A stretch of DNA of 53,335 nt, the filler included, from Diploschistes diacapsis (Eukaryota): assembly GCA_023645945.1 (NCBI GenBank). It is 3 parts of 3 records of this genome, joined end to end, with 100 filler letters (N's around TTAATTAATTAA, not from the genome) between each part and the next. Parts side by side here need not be neighbours in the genome. Positions count along the whole stretch, not along the records: positions 35,633 to 53,335 come from JALAIB010000442.1; 2 more parts are not named here. One strand, 5' to 3'. Within the stretch, counting starts at the first letter, position 1. The number at the start of each line of letters is the position of its first letter. The position numbers and the translations under genes were made by a program. The notes under the pieces were generated by a model. It was not told the origin of the DNA and made no database searches. It saw nothing but the letters and a program-made list of their open reading frames with translations. Below are positions 48,101 to 53,335 of the stretch, piece by piece.

Positions 48101-51100
48101 CAGCGGCGGAGAGCCATATCACTATGGACCCGGATGCGAAAATTGTCTTCAAGTTTTCAAGTTCTAGGCGATTGAGAGTGGCTCCAATGGGGCTGTCTAG
48201 TTCAACAGAACAGATAGTAATCGAACCGGGCTTGAAATTACTTTGACGGACGTTGCTAAATCGAGCAGATTGGATCTCGCATGCAAAATAAGTTGCCATA
48301 CTTTGCAAGAGTTGGTCCTCAAACGATGTCAGTTCGGAATGATTATGTATCTATGTGAAATGTTAAACACCCATTAGTCTTCAAGGTTGAAACCCTACAA
48401 TGGGGACACATGCGACTTACTAATAGAATATGCTCAGTGGCTTTTTTCCGCTGCTCATAGGCGCGTTGCACTGGCTGCGCGATAATGGTTGGGTACATGC
48501 CATCGAAGTCTAAAACATGAATATCGAACATCGATGATTTCCGGATGGCTGCCGCCGACGGCGTCGAAGCTAAGAGGTAACCTGAGGGTAATAGAAATCT
48601 CTGGATCGTTTGCAGGATCTCAAAGCGACAGTAATCCTGTAATGGTAAGACTGGAGGCAAAAAATAAGTTGGTATTTGATGACTTACATTACTTAGTATA
48701 ATTACATCAAATTTCCTTTCATGCCCGACAACACTGAATTCCATCTGTTTCGAGCTTGAATCCAATGGACAGGCGACTGGGCCCAGTAATTGAGAGTCGA
48801 CGAGCTTTCCGTTAGTCCATGAGTCGCATTTCCTCGTGTGGCGGCCTCAGGATGCAGAGATGGTAACACCGCAGCCGTTATCGTTCCTGCCTCCTTTCCT
48901 AGCGCTAATACGGATATGTTTGGGTTGTGATGGCTAACAAGGTCCACGATGCTTGTGATATCTTTAAAGTCGGTGTTTTCATGCTGTGTGCAAGTTTCAC
49001 GAATGTATTTGGCGAAAAAAGGAAAATTGCTGATAGACAGTGAGGAGATTGCTGGCTTCCACAATACCCTGAGCAGAGGTTGCCGCTCCAACGTCGTATT
49101 TGATATCGCTCCTTCATGATAGGGCATGACTCGGATATTGCTCATTTACAGTGCAACATCGCCGTCTTGCTTGTAAAACTCTGTGTTGCAACTGCGGACT
49201 TTGATGCCCACGTTCACTGTTATGGCTCAGATATTACACGACGCGTTTGGACCATTTTGAATGGAGGTTCGCAGGTCAATGGTGCCAATGGAGACAGGAA
49301 CCATTCCATCCAATCTTTCGATGCTACCTGCTGCATTAGCTATGAGTGCTGTCTGTAATCATGCATCAATCGTTACTGGATGCAGGGGATATTTTGATTC
49401 GTATTCGGACCTGTTCGGTGTGCTAACGAAAGATGATGTCTTCCCTAGTGCTTGATGTAGTCCTGTGTTCCTGTCAACGTAGACGCAACTCGAACTTCGA
49501 AATGCAGGTCCAAAATTGATTTGTTCTTTCCTCATTCGGTCGTACCAATCTTGCATTGTTTGAAGCTGCATCGAGCTCTCAGTGAATGTCAACTCTTGAA
49601 CGATCCTTCCTTGGCGAAGAGAGATATAGCCTGTCGCGTGAACCTGACTGATTTGATCCTTAACAGAGCTCTAATTTGCCATTCCCAATATTGTTGGGAA
49701 TTAGTAGTGTTCAACAACTTTGCGGCCTGAACTTGAGTAAATAATTCAACACTAGCCATCTTGAGGTAAAACTAGTGCAGTCATGATGTTGATGTCCCTG
49801 AGGCTAAGGTTCTGATCCGATCCTGGATGTCGGCCCAGGATTTGAGAGTAGGCTTCGATAGCTATACTTAGATATGCCGCTGCTGGAAAAACGACCGTCA
49901 AGCCTAATCTGTGATCATCGAGCCAAGAAACATCGGCGATGCGAATAATGTTTCTCCATAAGAACGTCGACTTTGTTTCCTCCGGGAACTAATGCCCCCA
50001 GAAGATCATGCCTGGGATATTTCCGTGTTTTGAATTCGATACTAACACGTGGTTCATAGTGGAGTAGGGGACCGTAATTCCAAGCATAAGTAGGTAGATC
50101 TGGTATGAAGCGGGCTTTGGACATGGACATGGCTCCTAGGGTACTGGAGTTCACACTTCCAATTGATACTGTTTGATGATGTAGGTACATGTTACCCACC
50201 AGGCGCAACATCGAGCCAACCGAATCTTCACCCCTAATCAGACTCTCCGCGTAGGGGCTTATAGAGCGATCAATTCCCAGTTCGCTTAATATCTCAAGAA
50301 CAGGCATCTTCAATGCTGGGTGGGGACCAATTTCTACAAGATGCACCCGACAAGTCTGGTATAGCTCTTCAAGTGCACCCTGAAACAGAACTGGTAGCGC
50401 GAGATTCGAACTCCAGTACGTGGAAGAGCGAGTCTCTTCGCTGGTTACCGATCGGACAAGCGTTGTAGAAAAACACTGTAGCCGAGCATTCCTTAAAAAC
50501 TGATTCACTTTCTTGGAGTAGGGCTTCCGCTACAAGCTTTTCGTATGGACTCTTCACGAGCTCCATGTGTTTCGAATGGTAAGCCTTGTTATCCGTTCTG
50601 AGTATTCGAGCGAACACCTTCTGTTTAGCGAAATGATCTGCGAGTTCATCAATAACTTTTGTATCGCCGCTTAAAGTCACGTTATTAGGAGAATTGATGC
50701 ACGCGACATTCACTGCTTCCCTCATGCAAAGCTTTTCCAGCTCAGTTTGAGCATTTTCATTGTTGATTCCGACAGCCATCATGGCTCCCCGAACTGTAAT
50801 CTGGGATACAACAAGTCCGCGATAATAAGCCAGGCTGATAGCTTCGGATGCCGATAGATAACCGCAGCAAAGGCGGCGGCTATCTCTCCTATCGAAAGAT
50901 TACTACCCACAGAACCAAAGTTTCGCTGATGAACGTTACCCGAGGAATGACCAATGACGAATCTTGAGGACAGTTTCCAACCTCGCAGAAGCTCAATCAG
51001 TGTGATTTGAGTGGCCGTGCAGATGGTTTGCGCGTAAATTGAGCTATGGATGCTATCTGACTTAGTTTCGTTGCAAATAACATCTTCGCGTATTAACCTT

Positions 51101-53049
51101 CGGAACCAGAGATGGCTAAGACAGACTTACCAACGATCCTCCGAGAGGGTGGATTCGACAACTTTGTAAGCGTAACATCCATTCTCTCCAGACAAGCTTT
51201 GTACAGTGGGATAGTTCTCAACTAGTTGGCGACCCGTACCTGGCCATTGAGCTCCTTGGCCAGTAAATACAAACGCCAACGGTAATCCAAGCCCCTCTTT
51301 AGGCGCGTGTAGCAGCCGAAGATCTTCAGTTGATAGCTCATGGAAGCCTTTACAAGAATCGGCAATCATAAAGCCTCGAATGTCAAAATGCGAACTTCTA
51401 TGGATGAGTGTATGAGTTAGATCCTCTAGGGTATACTGTCGAGAGGTTACGGACCCAAGGCCCGTAACACGGCTCATAAGGGACGCCTGAGATTTGGCGG
51501 AGAAAGGTAATAGAAGCTTATAGATGCAAGCTCCGGTTCGCGGATACGGCCCGCCGTGTTCCAATGACAAGTCTCCCGGTTCCAGTATTGCATGTGCATT
51601 GGCTCCCCCGTAACCAAAAGAGTTGATGCTGGCGCGTGGCAACCTTGACGGAGGCCACTGCATGAGTTCGGTGGCAATTTTCATGTTGAATGTCATCAAG
51701 CTTTAGTGACGGATTGATAGTACGGATGTTAATTGTAGGTGGTATGAGTCGTTCTTGTAGACTCATGATGACCTTGAATATGCTGGACAAGCCGCTGGAC
51801 TGCTTCACTATGTCCAAGGTTTTGTCTTCACTCATCCAGTGTACAGAGGGACCACATTGGTGCGTGGAAAGAAGACGTGCGAAAGTCCTTCAATTTCAAT
51901 ACGGTCACCAACAGCAGTGCCTGTTCCATGTGCCTTGAAGATGTTCAAAGCCGCAAATGCATAGCCTCGGGGATAGTGTACACATACCTCTATATAATCC
52001 GTATCATTGGGACTCAGACCAGCTTTTAGATAAGCGGCTCTTATGGCCGCTGCTTGAGCCATGGCGCTTGGTAGAATAATTTCATCTGTTCTGCCGTCAC
52101 TAGATCGAGTTAAAACCCGTATATCCGCTTTCTTCATTCCCAGGTGGGCGATAGACATACCTGTTCACCGAGGTGGCTCTGATAATAGCACGAATTGAAT
52201 TTTCACAACGATTAGCATCATTTACTCGTTTCAATAAAAGAACCTTTATTCCTTCAGCCCTTTCGTAACCGTCTACTGCGCTATTAAAAGTATTACATAC
52301 TTCCTTAGAAGAAAGACAAGACCGCTGCTTTGGCGGTCGTAATCTGAATCTCTTAAACTTAAATCAGGTTAACCCTAATTATAAAGTCTTAGCAGAATTG
52401 TTCGCTTTGAGGGCTGAGTAAACAATATATAAAATATAAAGCGAAGATAAATATGTAGTATCGAGGATCATATTAGGACCTTTTAGATTGGATATATAGC
52501 TTATTCGGTTAGTTAATATTATTATACCGATACTAGTACCTGAATAACGACCGAGCTCGTTTGGATCTTTATTTATATGATACTAAAATCCATGATGAAA
52601 TTCGCGATATAATAATTAAGATTGGCTTTAGAGAGCTGTTTAAGAGGAGATTTAGCGTTTTCAGTGCATTTAAAGATCACTTTTTAATGGCTTTCGTTGT
52701 TGAGGATCCATGCGCTGAGCTTCGACATTGTTGATACCGAAGAAGGTGTTTTTAAAAAGCCTTGGATCTTCGTTCAGAAAGTAACCTCCCTTCGTGTTCG
52801 CGGACCCAGAATGGTCCAAAGCAGGGTGATAGAAGGCGGCAGCGTTCCGCCGCGTTGAGGGAACAGGGCCATAGGTATCTCGACCCTCTTTCAAGAGATC
52901 CCATAACTGGCTTGGCGATGAAACACCACCTGGCAGCCGACAGCGTATATTATGTACTGAACAAAGTCCACGGTTATGATTAGAAAATTATTCATTCCGA
53001 TTATGGCAATGTCCTCATCATTGAATAGGTTATATGGGTGTGAAGCCAT
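45170..53049 (-). pseudogene. Decayed highly reducing PKS (KS-AT-DH-ER-KR-ACP)
   Basis: Collinear remnants: DIAIIGM, MDPQQR, AHGTGT, FVFTGQGAQW, GHSSG, AYHS, DHRLGLTVVFP, VLIHSATSAVG, GCLGGLG, TATEGNYCAGN, FGLDSML. In-frame stop at 51832-51834; frameshifts near 51820, 51800, 51695, 51200, 50860, 50470, 49970 and 46240; KS active-site Cys lost. Confidence 0.92.
52180..52690. other. RIP-like hypermutated, AT-rich tract inside the pseudo-PKS KS domain
   Basis: Abrupt AT and TpA enrichment. DTACSSS is read as DTTYLSS (GAT ACT ACA TAT TTA TCT TCG), explained by three TpG/CpA-to-TpA transitions. Confidence 0.75.
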
Positions 53050-53199
53050 ATAACAATAACAATCAGACCGGATAACATACTGCTAGGGGTGCAAGATCAA
53101 GAGAACATAAAACAGGGCGATTCGGGAGCACCACCTGCTCCCTATCCCGTCCATACAAACCTCGTAGGGCTGACAATTAATCTGCATACACGCTAAGTT

Positions 53200-53335
53200 A
53201 GGTCCCATATAAATTTATATATGCATTTCTTTTAGTATTCATGTCACGTGATAACATTTCTTATTATTAAAACTCCTTTTTTTTTATATATTTTAGAGTT
53301 CTTTTTTAAAGTTTAATATATCGCTTATTAGGCCA
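53200..53335. other. Start of an AT-rich block (possible RIP-degraded repeat beyond the window edge)
   Basis: Very AT-rich with poly-T runs; no transposon feature is identifiable. Confidence 0.35.

Overview
Filamentous-ascomycete (Pezizomycotina-type) genomic DNA with short GT-AG introns and two 100-nt assembly spacers (N44-TTAATTAATTAA-N44 at 17723-17822 and 35533-35632). From left to right: (1) an intact highly reducing PKS (KS-AT-DH-degenerate ER-KR-ACP, no C-methyltransferase) divergently paired with a wax-synthase/MBOAT O-acyltransferase; (2) a housekeeping-like block with SUI1/eIF1, a nitronate-monooxygenase-family enzyme ending in SKL, two orphan genes and GCN3/eIF2B-alpha; (3) a run of tailoring and regulatory genes with no backbone synthase: a BBE-like FAD oxidase, a P450 with an atypical I-helix, a sulfotransferase-like P-loop protein, an Erg26/3beta-HSD-like SDR, a Pth11-like membrane protein, a CYP7/CYP8-like P450 and a Zn2Cys6 factor; (4) UBR1; (5) a second HR-PKS that is a pseudogene, with many frameshifts and a local RIP-like tract that turns the KS catalytic Cys into Tyr. 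The best candidate for an undescribed system is the backbone-less, possibly sterol/terpenoid-modifying cluster (21.4-37.7 kb), which may work with the PKS/MBOAT pair. Gene identities come from motif reading only; no database searches were run, and linkage across the spacers is unverified.
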